DNA of 64,000 nt from a virus, in the IMG/VR virus record IMGVR_UViG_3300042691_053984, positions 32,001-96,000 of that record. One strand, given 5' to 3'. Below, piece by piece: positions 48,494 through 57,767 of this stretch. Each line of letters starts with the position of its first letter. Position 1 is the first letter of the stretch. Both the position numbers and the translations under genes were made by a program. The notes under the pieces were generated by a model. The model had not been told where the DNA came from and searched no databases. It worked only from the letters and a program-made list of their open reading frames with translations.

Positions 48494-49726
48494 ATGAACT
48501 CAGAAGTTTTTACTGAAAATGACTTAAAAGTTGCAACAAAAGAACTGTTAAAAAACATCAAAAATCTACTCAAAGAAGTGGATTCTGTTGTTTTGACTGA
48601 CTCTAAAACCGGTTTGTCATTGTTGACAAAATATCAGTTCATGTTTGGTTGGAAACCGCGGTCTTTGTTACAAGCACGTTTGTATGAGCTCATACTGAGA
48701 CTTGCAGTCGATGCAGAAAAACTAGGCCCAGGGTCGTTTGATCGAGTGCTTGAGCGGTTATCTGAGCACCCGAATAATCTTACCAATGATTACAGTGATG
48801 ATTTTGATAATAAGGGACTGTCAACCGTTCCTGCGTCTCTCGCTGATCTTAAAACTTTCACCGAAGATTACTTCAAAAGTGCAGGAGAGCGTGCACATCA
48901 TATCTTCTTAGAGGCGCTTGATCTTGCCGGATTTGGGGGTAAAATTGTCGTAGAAAAGACACATGCCGGTGTTCCATCGGTTGAGCTTACTCATGGTTAT
49001 GCCTTTGACGTAAAACCTGCATGGGACGTTAATCTGAAGCTCGAAAATACCCGGATTTTTGTGATTGATGGATACGTAGAATCTGTCTCGGAAATTCATC
49101 ACCTGTTAGAATCGCAGGCCGTCAAGAAAGAAAACTCTGTCATATTTTTAAGAGGAATGTCTCAAGACGTGATTCACACCCTCAGGGTCAACTTTGACAG
49201 GGGGACTTTAACCGCAATTCCCGTAATCGTCAATTTTGACATTGAAGGCATCAATACGTTAAACGATGTGGCAATTATCACAGGTTGTGATGTTGTGTCA
49301 TCCAACAAGGGAAACCTAATAAGTTCCATTGACTACAACTCTGCAACAATTGTTGAGTCTGTGACTTTGTATCCTTCAAAGGTTGTGATTCAACATAAGA
49401 AAACTTCTTTGTCGATTGCAACACATGTGAATTTTTTGAAAAACAAAAGAATGGAAAAAAGTGCCGTAGAAGACATGGGGAAATTGTACGACAAAAGGAT
49501 TAGATCATTGACGCCAAATCAGGTGATCATTAGACTTTCTGACGACAAGGATTTCATTAAGACTTCACAGTCAATAGATCTTGCGCTACGTACCGTCAAG
49601 TCGTTAATAGAGTACGGAGTTTCAACAAAAAATAAGTTACCTGCAATGACTGAGTTCTCTACGCAAAAATATTTACGTTATTGCGTAGAGACTCTTTCAA
49701 ATTTAGGCGCTATTATTTGCGCTTAA
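48494..49726 (+). CDS. Degenerate GroEL/Cpn60-like protein (apical domain conserved, ATP motif lost)
   Basis: EALDLAGFGGKIVVEK...ELTHGYAFD; LENTRIFVIDG; LNDVAIITG..V; GPGSF at the position of GDGTT. Confidence 0.75.
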   Translation: MNSEVFTENDLKVATKELLKNIKNLLKEVDSVVLTDSKTGLSLLTKYQFMFGWKPRSLLQARLYELILRLAVDAEKLGPGSFDRVLERLSEHPNNLTNDYSDDFDNKGLSTVPASLADLKTFTEDYFKSAGERAHHIFLEALDLAGFGGKIVVEKTHAGVPSVELTHGYAFDVKPAWDVNLKLENTRIFVIDGYVESVSEIHHLLESQAVKKENSVIFLRGMSQDVIHTLRVNFDRGTLTAIPVIVNFDIEGINTLNDVAIITGCDVVSSNKGNLISSIDYNSATIVESVTLYPSKVVIQHKKTSLSIATHVNFLKNKRMEKSAVEDMGKLYDKRIRSLTPNQVIIRLSDDKDFIKTSQSIDLALRTVKSLIEYGVSTKNKLPAMTEFSTQKYLRYCVETLSNLGAIICA

Positions 49727-50846
49727 GTATTTCGCTTAAGGCTTTTTTGTCAATTGAGACCGTGATCATTCCTTTTTCCATTGCTTCGGTTAATTTGCCT
49801 TGAGATGCAAGCCATTGCATGATATTCTTCGTGGTGTTCATTGCAAATGATGAACGTCCAAGTTTTAAATCAACTCTTGCTTTGTCGATTAAAGCATCTA
49901 ATAATGGCGAATCAGGAGAGATTTTTTCCGGTGTCAGTGGTTTCTGAGGTTGTTCCACGTTTCGTGGGGGAGGAATCGGTCGCATCTCTCGAGCTGTGGG
50001 TTTGTAATCTTCATCGTCGGCAAACGAAAAATCATCCGTATCATCCAGTAATGACTTCGGATTTTTTGCGCCATAAGTGGGCCCACCCGTCTTCTTTGTA
50101 TTTTTTGATGGTTTGTCTACGTCAACAAAAACATCATCATCTTCCACAGATCCGATTACGCTTCCCAACTCATTTTCAATTGAAGGACCTTGCTCCCACT
50201 CTGCAATCATCTTCTGTACATCTTTCATTGACATGTGCATAATAGCACTTGTCATAATTTCATCAATGTCTTCGTTAAATTTTTTGTCAGCCGGATTTCC
50301 AAATCTAAAAAATTTTAATAAACCACTTGCAATATTTTTGACTGCATTTTTTGCCGTTTGCCAAGTGCTTGACTCCGCTGGAGAAAATGCGGTCATCAAA
50401 ACAGTCTTTAAGCTTTCAGACCCAACGTCCTCGAGGTATCTTGTCTCTCTTTCATCAGCAAGATACTTTATCTTTTCATTTGAATTTTTTATTTCTGTAA
50501 ATTTTCTACGTCCAAAAAAGTTGTTAAAAATGGTATTTAATTGACTTATACCCTGTTCAAGAACTGCAAGAAACGCACCTGCCGCGATGACGCTGCCGGT
50601 AAACTCTTTTTCGTTACCTCCTGCTTCAATTGCATTAAGGTGTTTGTCTATTTCAACCTCAAGAGCAGCCTTATAGGTTCCTGAAATTCTAATGCTTTTT
50701 AAAAACTCAAGTTTTTCTCTGTAGTTTTCTGCATCATCTAAAATCTTGGTTTCAATTCTTTCAACAAGAAGAACGCTTCTTTTGAATTCTTCCTTCAGAA
50801 GAAGCTCTTTTTTTGTCTCATAGTTTTCTTTTAGCGTTCTTGTCAT
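49713..50846 (-). CDS. Hypothetical protein, paralogue 1
   Basis: MTRTLKENYE start; C-terminal WLASQGKLTEAMEKG. Confidence 0.65.
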   Translation of the reverse strand: MTRTLKENYETKKELLLKEEFKRSVLLVERIETKILDDAENYREKLEFLKSIRISGTYKAALEVEIDKHLNAIEAGGNEKEFTGSVIAAGAFLAVLEQGISQLNTIFNNFFGRRKFTEIKNSNEKIKYLADERETRYLEDVGSESLKTVLMTAFSPAESSTWQTAKNAVKNIASGLLKFFRFGNPADKKFNEDIDEIMTSAIMHMSMKDVQKMIAEWEQGPSIENELGSVIGSVEDDDVFVDVDKPSKNTKKTGGPTYGAKNPKSLLDDTDDFSFADDEDYKPTAREMRPIPPPRNVEQPQKPLTPEKISPDSPLLDALIDKARVDLKLGRSSFAMNTTKNIMQWLASQGKLTEAMEKGMITVSIDKKALSEILKRK

Positions 50847-50884
50847 TTTGTCCTCATATTTCCTTAAGTATATAAGCAAAAGCC

Positions 50885-51892
50885 TCAAAGAAGCTGTGAA
50901 AGTTTTTTGTTAAATTTGATTTTTATTACACCTCTTTCAAGAGCTTCCACCAATTTTCCTTTGCTATTTAACCACATTAAAAAGTGCAAATGAGGTTTTT
51001 GATTTTTTAATGCTTTTTCATCTTCAGGCAGGTCTTTTCTCTTTATATTTAGGTACTCATTTTCCAACTTTTGGAGTTTGGTAGCGCTAAGTAATTTCCC
51101 CCCACCGGCTTCCGAACCTTGAGGCGGTGCACCCGTTGGACCACCCGCGGCAGCCCCGCCTCGAGTAGCTGCGGCTCCTCCTCTTACCGGACCACCTGCA
51201 GCGGCACCACCTCTTGCTGGACCACCCGCGGCAGGTGCACCACCACCACTTTCAGCCGCCGCCGTGGTAATTGCTCCACCTGCGGCCGACAAAAGCTCAG
51301 TATCGTCAATGTTGATGTAACTATTTGCCATTTCAACTACGTCACCAACAGCCATTTCCATCAATGAATTTGCAATCAATTTTCCGGTATTTTCAAATAC
51401 AGTTCCACCCGTAAAGAACTTTTTAATCTTTTTTCCAAGGTCGTCTTTTGATTTTTTGTCAAATAGATCAATCAGCGCTTCTTTGAATTTTTCTTCTCCT
51501 CCGTCAAATCTATTTTCTGCATAATCTTTTAACTTAGCGCCAGTCTCTGGTGCCACTGCTCCAATCTTCAAAGTTAATTTGAGAAATTTTGGAAGATTTT
51601 TTACGCCTTTTTGAAAAGAGTTGAGAAAGTGAACTGCTGCCGCAAAATCATCTTTGCCTTTGACTTTTTTAAAAAATTTAATGGGATTTATTCCGGAGTC
51701 TAACGCTGAAGAAGCATTGGAAACGCTTTGTACGTAACTACCAACCAGTTGCTTCAACTCACGGCCAAGTCCACGTAAATTTTGTATATCTTTTAAACGT
51801 TTGACTAACTTGTCAAGCTTGTCCAGTTGCTTTAGGTCAATTGCCTCAAGAATCAAACTTCCATGCTCATAGCTTTCTTTCAAAGTTTGCAT
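50885..51892 (-). CDS. Hypothetical protein, paralogue 2, with Gly/Ala/RGG low-complexity insert
   Basis: MQTLKESYE start; C-terminal WLNSKGKLVEALERG. Confidence 0.65.
   Translation of the reverse strand: MQTLKESYEHGSLILEAIDLKQLDKLDKLVKRLKDIQNLRGLGRELKQLVGSYVQSVSNASSALDSGINPIKFFKKVKGKDDFAAAVHFLNSFQKGVKNLPKFLKLTLKIGAVAPETGAKLKDYAENRFDGGEEKFKEALIDLFDKKSKDDLGKKIKKFFTGGTVFENTGKLIANSLMEMAVGDVVEMANSYINIDDTELLSAAGGAITTAAAESGGGAPAAGGPARGGAAAGGPVRGGAAATRGGAAAGGPTGAPPQGSEAGGGKLLSATKLQKLENEYLNIKRKDLPEDEKALKNQKPHLHFLMWLNSKGKLVEALERGVIKIKFNKKLSQLL
51120..51265 (-). repeat. GC-rich imperfect ~30-nt coding repeats (GGAAAGGPxR)
   Basis: GGACCACC(C/T)GC(G/A)GC recurs within an AT-rich gene. Confidence 0.7.
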
Positions 51893-51961
51893 AATTCCAT
51901 TCCTTATGTTTTACTCTTACACTAAATATGTAATTAATCTTCTTAAGAAGGAAAAATATAC

Positions 51962-52225
51962 ATGCACAAAGACAAGATCATCAAGGCGTCTTGGAATCAC
52001 TTTGAGGGCGCAAAGAACATTCTCATCAATAATATTCTCACTGCTGTGAGGGATCAAAAGATTAAAATCGACAACACTGAACTAAATCAGTTAGTGTTTT
52101 TGATGACAACTTCTCTTGAAGAGGGATATCATAAAGGATACAAGACATTTGACAGAGAGTTAACGTCTTGCCTCGCAGATACAAGCAAGTCGCAACCAAA
52201 GGTAGCTCAGTCGAAAAAAAACTGA
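51962..52225 (+). CDS. Hypothetical protein
   Basis: ORF track; AAGGA upstream. Confidence 0.6.
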   Translation: MHKDKIIKASWNHFEGAKNILINNILTAVRDQKIKIDNTELNQLVFLMTTSLEEGYHKGYKTFDRELTSCLADTSKSQPKVAQSKKN

Positions 52226-52265
52226 GAATTCTTGGTAAGATTTTATCTTTATTTAAAGTTGGATC

Positions 52266-52739
52266 ATGATGTCAACTGGTGTAAAACACTTAGTTAAATG
52301 TCGTTGCGTTTTACCGCAATTTAAAAGTTTACATGAACCTCCAGTTCATCAATTTGTCGTCTTTTCCGTCGTTGATGATTCAGACAAGGTTCAAATCAAG
52401 TTTGCTCAATGTAATAATTGCGGTGTGATTCACAAAGTGACAGACATATGCAGGTCTGAAATCTTGATGAATAAAGAGGACATGGGTTCGCTATTGAGCA
52501 TTAACGACATTAGTCAAGGTCTACCTCAAAATCTGGTCAAGATTCTTGAATCCAACAGTTGTGACCTTCCCACGTGGGAAGCATGCAGTTTCATTGTTGA
52601 AAACAAGCAATGGGGAAACTTTGTCGTGTTAACCACCGACGCTGAGCACGGAACGAGGCAAGGAAAATACGTGCAAATAATTGGTGAAAATATGTTTAAG
52701 GTAAATACATTCACTCGTGAAGAGTTTATTAAGGGATAA
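52266..52739 (+). CDS. Hypothetical Zn-binding protein
   Basis: HLVKCRC...CNNCG.IH...C. Confidence 0.65.
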   Translation: MMSTGVKHLVKCRCVLPQFKSLHEPPVHQFVVFSVVDDSDKVQIKFAQCNNCGVIHKVTDICRSEILMNKEDMGSLLSINDISQGLPQNLVKILESNSCDLPTWEACSFIVENKQWGNFVVLTTDAEHGTRQGKYVQIIGENMFKVNTFTREEFIKG

Positions 52740-52741
52740 GG

Positions 52742-52999
52742 ATGAATCAAGTTCAACTCTACGGACAGATGCAGTCAGAGAAGACTGCGGAAGAGAATAG
52801 GACAGTCAGGGACATTGTCAAAGAAATATCTAACTTTGGAATCAATGAAAGGCAGAGGTGGTTGATAATCTATCAACTTGCCCTGGAGTTTGAAAACGTT
52901 GATGACCTGAGAGAGGTCACGTCTTTTATCAAAGAGTACAAGGGTAGCGAATTGTTTTTATCAAGCAAGGAAGTGTTAGATGGGTCGTTCAACAAATAA
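52742..52999 (+). CDS. Hypothetical protein
   Basis: ORF track; operonic with the ClpP gene. Confidence 0.6.
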   Translation: MNQVQLYGQMQSEKTAEENRTVRDIVKEISNFGINERQRWLIIYQLALEFENVDDLREVTSFIKEYKGSELFLSSKEVLDGSFNK

Positions 53000-53639
53000 T
53001 ACAAACAGCGCAATCTCGGTCAGGGGACCCTCCGCTTCACCTGAAGACATGCTGATGCAGTCACTGATTGTTCAGCATGATAATGTTAGAATTGTGGTTC
53101 TCCACGGCGATGTAAATGAGCACACAATCTCACATGTCATTGTCCAGCTTCTGCAACTTGCAAACCAAAATCACAAGCCGATTCACCTTGTCATCTCTAC
53201 TTATGGAGGCTCGGTGGACGAAATGTTCTCCCTGTACGACACGATCAAATTCTTGCCGTGTCCGGTTCACACCATCGCCCTTGGTAAGGTAATGTCCGCT
53301 GGTGTGTTGTTGTTGGCCTCAGGTGTCAAAGGCAAAAGGTTGATCGGTCGATCTGCCCGTATCATGATCCATCCTATCTCTGGTGGATTGTACGGAAACG
53401 TGTTTGAGGCACTCAATGAGGTGAAGGAGCACGAAAGATTGCAGCGTCTCATGGCAGACGCACTTCTTAAGGAGACAAAGATGTCAGCCGAAGAGATCGA
53501 GAAGATCATGAAGGCGGGACACGACTGTTACCTTACACCGGAAGAGGCGATTAAGATGGGAATCGTGGACGGTTACATTGGCGATGATTCCATATCTGCA
53601 ATGACGTCTGAGAAGAAAAAGTCAAAACGAGCCAAGTGA
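52980..53639 (+). CDS. clpP: ClpP-family serine protease
   Basis: LVISTYGGSV; GKVMSAG (catalytic Ser); RIMIHP (His); HDCYLT.EEA...GIVD. Confidence 0.9.
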   Translation: MGRSTNNTNSAISVRGPSASPEDMLMQSLIVQHDNVRIVVLHGDVNEHTISHVIVQLLQLANQNHKPIHLVISTYGGSVDEMFSLYDTIKFLPCPVHTIALGKVMSAGVLLLASGVKGKRLIGRSARIMIHPISGGLYGNVFEALNEVKEHERLQRLMADALLKETKMSAEEIEKIMKAGHDCYLTPEEAIKMGIVDGYIGDDSISAMTSEKKKSKRAK

Positions 53640-53664
53640 TTCTTGTAAATTGAGGTTGTTATAG

Positions 53665-55344
53665 GTGTACGATACGATTCGTATGCCTCGACACAACTAC
53701 GATTGCTTCTTTCCTTTCTCAAAGATTCGTCCTGAACAGAGAAAGGCCATTGAATTTGCGCTTGATGCCTTTGAAAATGGCAAAAGATACGTTGTCTTGA
53801 ACATGGGGACCGGCTGTGGAAAGTCTGCCACGGCTGTCACAATTGCTCGTTACATGCAAGCTCACGGTGAACGTACCTTTGATGAAGACAACGTTCCACT
53901 GTCCGGAGCCTATGTTCTAACAACACAAAAGGTGTTGCAACAGCAATATCTTGATGATTTTGGACCAGGTGTAGGTCCATCAAAGAACCTGATGCTAAGC
54001 ATCAAGTCTTCATCCAACTATAAGTGTGGATTTTATCCTGATCAAACCTGTGCTGAATCAAGGCGCGTCCTGAATCAATTAGGGAAAAAAATACTCGGGA
54101 CAGAGTTTCACAAGCATTGCAAGGGATTTTGCGGTTATTCGAAGGACAAGCAAGATTTCATTGAATCTCCGATCAGCGTCACAAACTTTTCGTATTTTTT
54201 TGCAGAAACGATGTACAGCAAAAAGCTGACACCTCGTGACCTGCTCATCATTGACGAGTGTCATAACACTGAGACAGAACTAGGAAAGTTCGTTGAAGTG
54301 ACGTTTTCTGAAAAGTTTGCAAAAGAAATCTTGAAGTGTAAGATTCCTCAACATCTAAATTCGCAGATTGATGTCTTTGATTGGATTAAAAAGACTTACC
54401 AACCATCATTGGCAAAGTATTTTAAGCAGGTTGAAAAAGCAATATCGCAAAAGTTGAACGAAAATTCTGTGGGATTTAGCGACCTCAGCAAACAGTTTGA
54501 GATGCTAGATAAACACATCTGCAAAGTCGATAGGTTTTTGTCGACCTACACCAATGACAATTGGATCTGTAATATCGTACATCCTGATGATTTTAAAAAG
54601 AGAGCACAAAGAAAGTTTGAGTTCAAACCAGTTGACGTTTCACGCTTTAGTTACGAGAACTTATTTAAATTTGGTGGTAGATCTTTACTTTTGTCTGCAA
54701 CAATAATTGATAAGCACATCTTCTGTCAATCAATCGGTCTCAAACCCAATGATATTGAATACCTCAGCATTGAGTCGCCATTTCCCGCAGAGAATAGGCC
54801 GATACATTTTGTTCCTGTTGGCTCACTGTCAAAGGCAACGATAGACAATACCTTACCTAATCTCGTGGAAGCAGTGAAGATGTTGCTGGAGCAACATCAT
54901 GACCAAAAGGGGATCATTCACTGTGTGAACTTTCGTATTGCCCAACATCTCGTTGATTCATTAAAGTCTCCAAGATTGTTAAGCCATAACTCCGAGAATC
55001 GTGATGAAATCCTTAAATCCCACATAAGCTCAAAAGAGCCTACCGTTCTGGTGTCTCCATCTATGATGGAAGGCGTTGACCTTGCAGGTGATGCTTCAAG
55101 ATTTCAGATCCTCTGTAAGGTCCCGTTTCCTTATCTCGGAGATCAGGTCATTAAAAAGAGAATGGAAAATAATAAACAGTGGTACACCTACCAAACAATT
55201 AAATCAGTGGTTCAAGCAATGGGTAGATCCATCAGAAACGAAACAGATCATGCAAGTTCATACATTCTTGATGCAGATTGGGAGAGGTTTTTTAGGATGA
55301 ACAGGCACATGTTTCCCGCTGATTTCATTGTAGCGCTATCTTAA
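53665..55344 (+). CDS. DinG/Rad3-like SF2 helicase (probable Fe-S cluster)
   Basis: GTGCGKS; TTQK.LQ.QY; four Cys after motif Ia; IIDECH; LLSATI; SPSMMEGVDL; KVPFP; Q..GR.IR. Alternative ATG at 53683. Confidence 0.9.
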   Translation: MYDTIRMPRHNYDCFFPFSKIRPEQRKAIEFALDAFENGKRYVVLNMGTGCGKSATAVTIARYMQAHGERTFDEDNVPLSGAYVLTTQKVLQQQYLDDFGPGVGPSKNLMLSIKSSSNYKCGFYPDQTCAESRRVLNQLGKKILGTEFHKHCKGFCGYSKDKQDFIESPISVTNFSYFFAETMYSKKLTPRDLLIIDECHNTETELGKFVEVTFSEKFAKEILKCKIPQHLNSQIDVFDWIKKTYQPSLAKYFKQVEKAISQKLNENSVGFSDLSKQFEMLDKHICKVDRFLSTYTNDNWICNIVHPDDFKKRAQRKFEFKPVDVSRFSYENLFKFGGRSLLLSATIIDKHIFCQSIGLKPNDIEYLSIESPFPAENRPIHFVPVGSLSKATIDNTLPNLVEAVKMLLEQHHDQKGIIHCVNFRIAQHLVDSLKSPRLLSHNSENRDEILKSHISSKEPTVLVSPSMMEGVDLAGDASRFQILCKVPFPYLGDQVIKKRMENNKQWYTYQTIKSVVQAMGRSIRNETDHASSYILDADWERFFRMNRHMFPADFIVALS

Positions 55345-55395
55345 GCTTTACAATGGACAAAACGTTATTATAGATACCCAAGGAGGTATCACAAA

Positions 55396-55602
55396 ATGTC
55401 GACAGAACCAAATAGTCAGATATTGCTTACGTGGAGTGAAATTAAGAACATAATTGAAGGACTTGAATTTGATGTCCTAAAGAGTGCAAGGGGAGTTGCA
55501 GCTGCAGGAGTTAGGGCAAGGAAGGGTTTACGTGCATTGAAGGCAAGATCTCACGATCTAGTGAAGCTCACCTTTGAAGAAAAGCCAAAGAAGGAAGATT
55601 GA
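55396..55602 (+). CDS. Hc1-like (histone H1-like) small DNA-binding protein
   Basis: GVAAAGVRARKGLRALK motif; AGGAGG ribosome-binding site. Confidence 0.7.
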   Translation: MSTEPNSQILLTWSEIKNIIEGLEFDVLKSARGVAAAGVRARKGLRALKARSHDLVKLTFEEKPKKED

Positions 55603-55607
55603 TCCAG

Positions 55608-55636
55608 AAAAAACGCCTTTTAACGGGCGTTTTTTT
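55608..55636. terminator. Intrinsic (probably bidirectional) terminator
   Basis: AAAAAACGCC-ttttaacg-GGCGTTTTTTT immediately after the stop at 55602. Confidence 0.85.
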
Positions 55637-55671
55637 ATTTCTGTTGATTAATTACACGTAAAAGGAGATAA

Positions 55672-55992
55672 TTGATGCCATCACCTAGAGCCGTGTTAGC
55701 AGATCTAACAAAAATGTCGTTAAACACAAAGAAACCGTGGTCAACAATAGGAAAAAACGGTCACCTTTCCGGTAACGTACCAGTTCATGTAACTGAAACA
55801 CCTTTAGTTGTTAAAGAGGCTGAGGTTGCGGAATCCACTGTTGTTGCGGATGTTCATCCTGTTGTATTAGAAGTAGAAGATACCATAACGGTTCCAGAAC
55901 ACGTTGTTACAGAAACAATTGATGAAGTTCAAGATCTTGGCCTTGACATTGAGGATCCATTCAAGGCAAAGAAAAAGAAAAAATTAGTATGA
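55672..55992 (+). CDS. Hypothetical acidic protein
   Basis: ORF track; AGGAG upstream; Val/Glu-rich; KAKKKK tail. Confidence 0.6.
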   Translation: MMPSPRAVLADLTKMSLNTKKPWSTIGKNGHLSGNVPVHVTETPLVVKEAEVAESTVVADVHPVVLEVEDTITVPEHVVTETIDEVQDLGLDIEDPFKAKKKKKLV

Positions 55993-56325
55993 TTTCTTGA
56001 TCTTTTCATAAATGTTTTTTTCTATCTGACATATTCTCATTCTTGTCAGACCATATATCTTACCTATTTCCTGCAAAGTATGAGGTCCTTCGTTGGCGGT
56101 AATCATCACACAATTGTGTCCTTCCGGGTGTGAAATCCACTGTGAGCAGTTTTTCCGTTGACAATCAACATCATGTTTAGAAAGTATAGAGAAGCAAGTT
56201 ACGCCCTTCACAACTTCATCGTTTACATCGGTGCTTGACGGAGGGCGTTTTTTATTATTTTGCAATTGGTATCTCCTGATTTTTAACAAATTTAAAATAG
56301 CATAAATTTTTGTACAAGTTTTCAT
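55984..56325 (-). CDS. Stand-alone sigma-70 region-4 HTH protein with Cys-rich N-terminus
   Basis: TLQEIGKIYGLTRMRICQIEKN; C..C..C...HNC. Confidence 0.8.
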   Translation of the reverse strand: MKTCTKIYAILNLLKIRRYQLQNNKKRPPSSTDVNDEVVKGVTCFSILSKHDVDCQRKNCSQWISHPEGHNCVMITANEGPHTLQEIGKIYGLTRMRICQIEKNIYEKIKKSY

Positions 56326-56343
56326 TACAACACGGAGAATAAT

Positions 56344-57723
56344 GTGAGTAACATCAAAACGTATGTCCTGGATACAAACGTCCTACTGAGCGATCCTTCG
56401 TCTTTATTTTCCTTTGAGGAAAACAACGTCATCATACCACTTGCTGTTCTTGAAGAACTGGACAATCACAAAAGTAGACAAGATGAAGTCGGACAAAATG
56501 CAAGATCTGTCAGTCGTACGCTAGACGAACTGAGATTACAGGGAAGTTTGTTGGATGGAATCGGACTAAAAAATGGAGGAAATCTGCGGGTTGTTTCCAT
56601 TCCTCACGAAAAGTTCACAGAGCTTCCGATTGAACTGAGGTCAGTGGAATCCAAAGTTGACAATATGATCATTGCTTTGATGAATTCATATGACAAGGAT
56701 GCGATCCTTGTTTCCAAAGACATCAATGTAAGATTGAAATGTGATGCACTTGGCATCCGTTGTGAAGACTATTTAAAAATGAGAGTAGCTGATGACCCCA
56801 AGAATTTCTATAGGGGCGTAGAAGTGATTGAGCTACCATATGAACTGATAGAATCATTCTATGAAAATGACGAACTTGATCTACCTCAAGAGTATGTCAA
56901 CGGAAAACTTCACCCTAATCAGATTTTGATCCTGAAAAATTCCGTTGATGGAAAGACTGTAAAGTCAGCGATAGCAAAATACGTTTCGCACGATAAACCG
57001 GTAAAACCGATTCAAAAAATAGAGCAGGCGTTTAACCTGAAACCTAGAAATAAGGAACAAAGTTTTTCACTTGATCTATTGTTTGATGAAAGCATTAAGT
57101 TGCTTACACTGGTTGGACCGTCTGGCACTGGGAAAACATTACTTGCAATATCTGCGGCTCTTGCTCAATTGAAAGGACTGGGAGACGAACCAAGGTACGA
57201 CAAGTTGATTGTATCAAGGCCGGTACAACCCCTCGGGAAGGATATTGGCTTTCTTCCAGGTACAATGGAAGAAAAAATGGAGCCATGGGTCGCCCCTATA
57301 AGAGACAACATCAACTTTTTGATGGGTTCAGGTAAAAAGCAATCAAGAAGATCTCGACCAAATCATGATGAACATGAAAGTAAGATGCATTATCTCAACC
57401 TTTTGCAAGAAAAAGGCTTGATAGAAATAGAGGCCATCACTTTCATCAGAGGTCGTTCCATACCTAACGCATTTATCATCATTGATGAAGCCCAAAATTT
57501 GTCTATGCACGAATTAAAGACCATTGTGACACGTGTTGGAGATAACACAAAGATTGTATTGACAGGAGACGTAGAGCAGATTGACAACGTTCACGTTGAC
57601 GTATATTCAAATGGTCTAACTGTTGCAGTAGAAAAGTTCAAAGATTATTCAGTGGCTGGACACGTGACATTGATTAAGGGCGAACGTTCTGAACTGGCGA
57701 CACTTGCATCAAAGATTCTTTGA
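56344..57723 (+). CDS. phoH: PIN-PhoH fusion protein
   Basis: YVLDTNVLL...VLEELD..K; D..I; LVSKD.N.R; GPSGTGKT; DIGFLPG; FIRGRS; IIDEAQN; TGD..QID. Confidence 0.93.
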   Translation: MSNIKTYVLDTNVLLSDPSSLFSFEENNVIIPLAVLEELDNHKSRQDEVGQNARSVSRTLDELRLQGSLLDGIGLKNGGNLRVVSIPHEKFTELPIELRSVESKVDNMIIALMNSYDKDAILVSKDINVRLKCDALGIRCEDYLKMRVADDPKNFYRGVEVIELPYELIESFYENDELDLPQEYVNGKLHPNQILILKNSVDGKTVKSAIAKYVSHDKPVKPIQKIEQAFNLKPRNKEQSFSLDLLFDESIKLLTLVGPSGTGKTLLAISAALAQLKGLGDEPRYDKLIVSRPVQPLGKDIGFLPGTMEEKMEPWVAPIRDNINFLMGSGKKQSRRSRPNHDEHESKMHYLNLLQEKGLIEIEAITFIRGRSIPNAFIIIDEAQNLSMHELKTIVTRVGDNTKIVLTGDVEQIDNVHVDVYSNGLTVAVEKFKDYSVAGHVTLIKGERSELATLASKIL

Positions 57724-57767
57724 AATTAGGTCAATAGAATTATTTAGAAAAGGTATAATTTACAAAT

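Noticed and set aside
55347-55376. Sigma-70 promoter before the Hc1-like gene (TTTACA...)
   Set aside because: No convincing -10 at 16-18 nt spacing.
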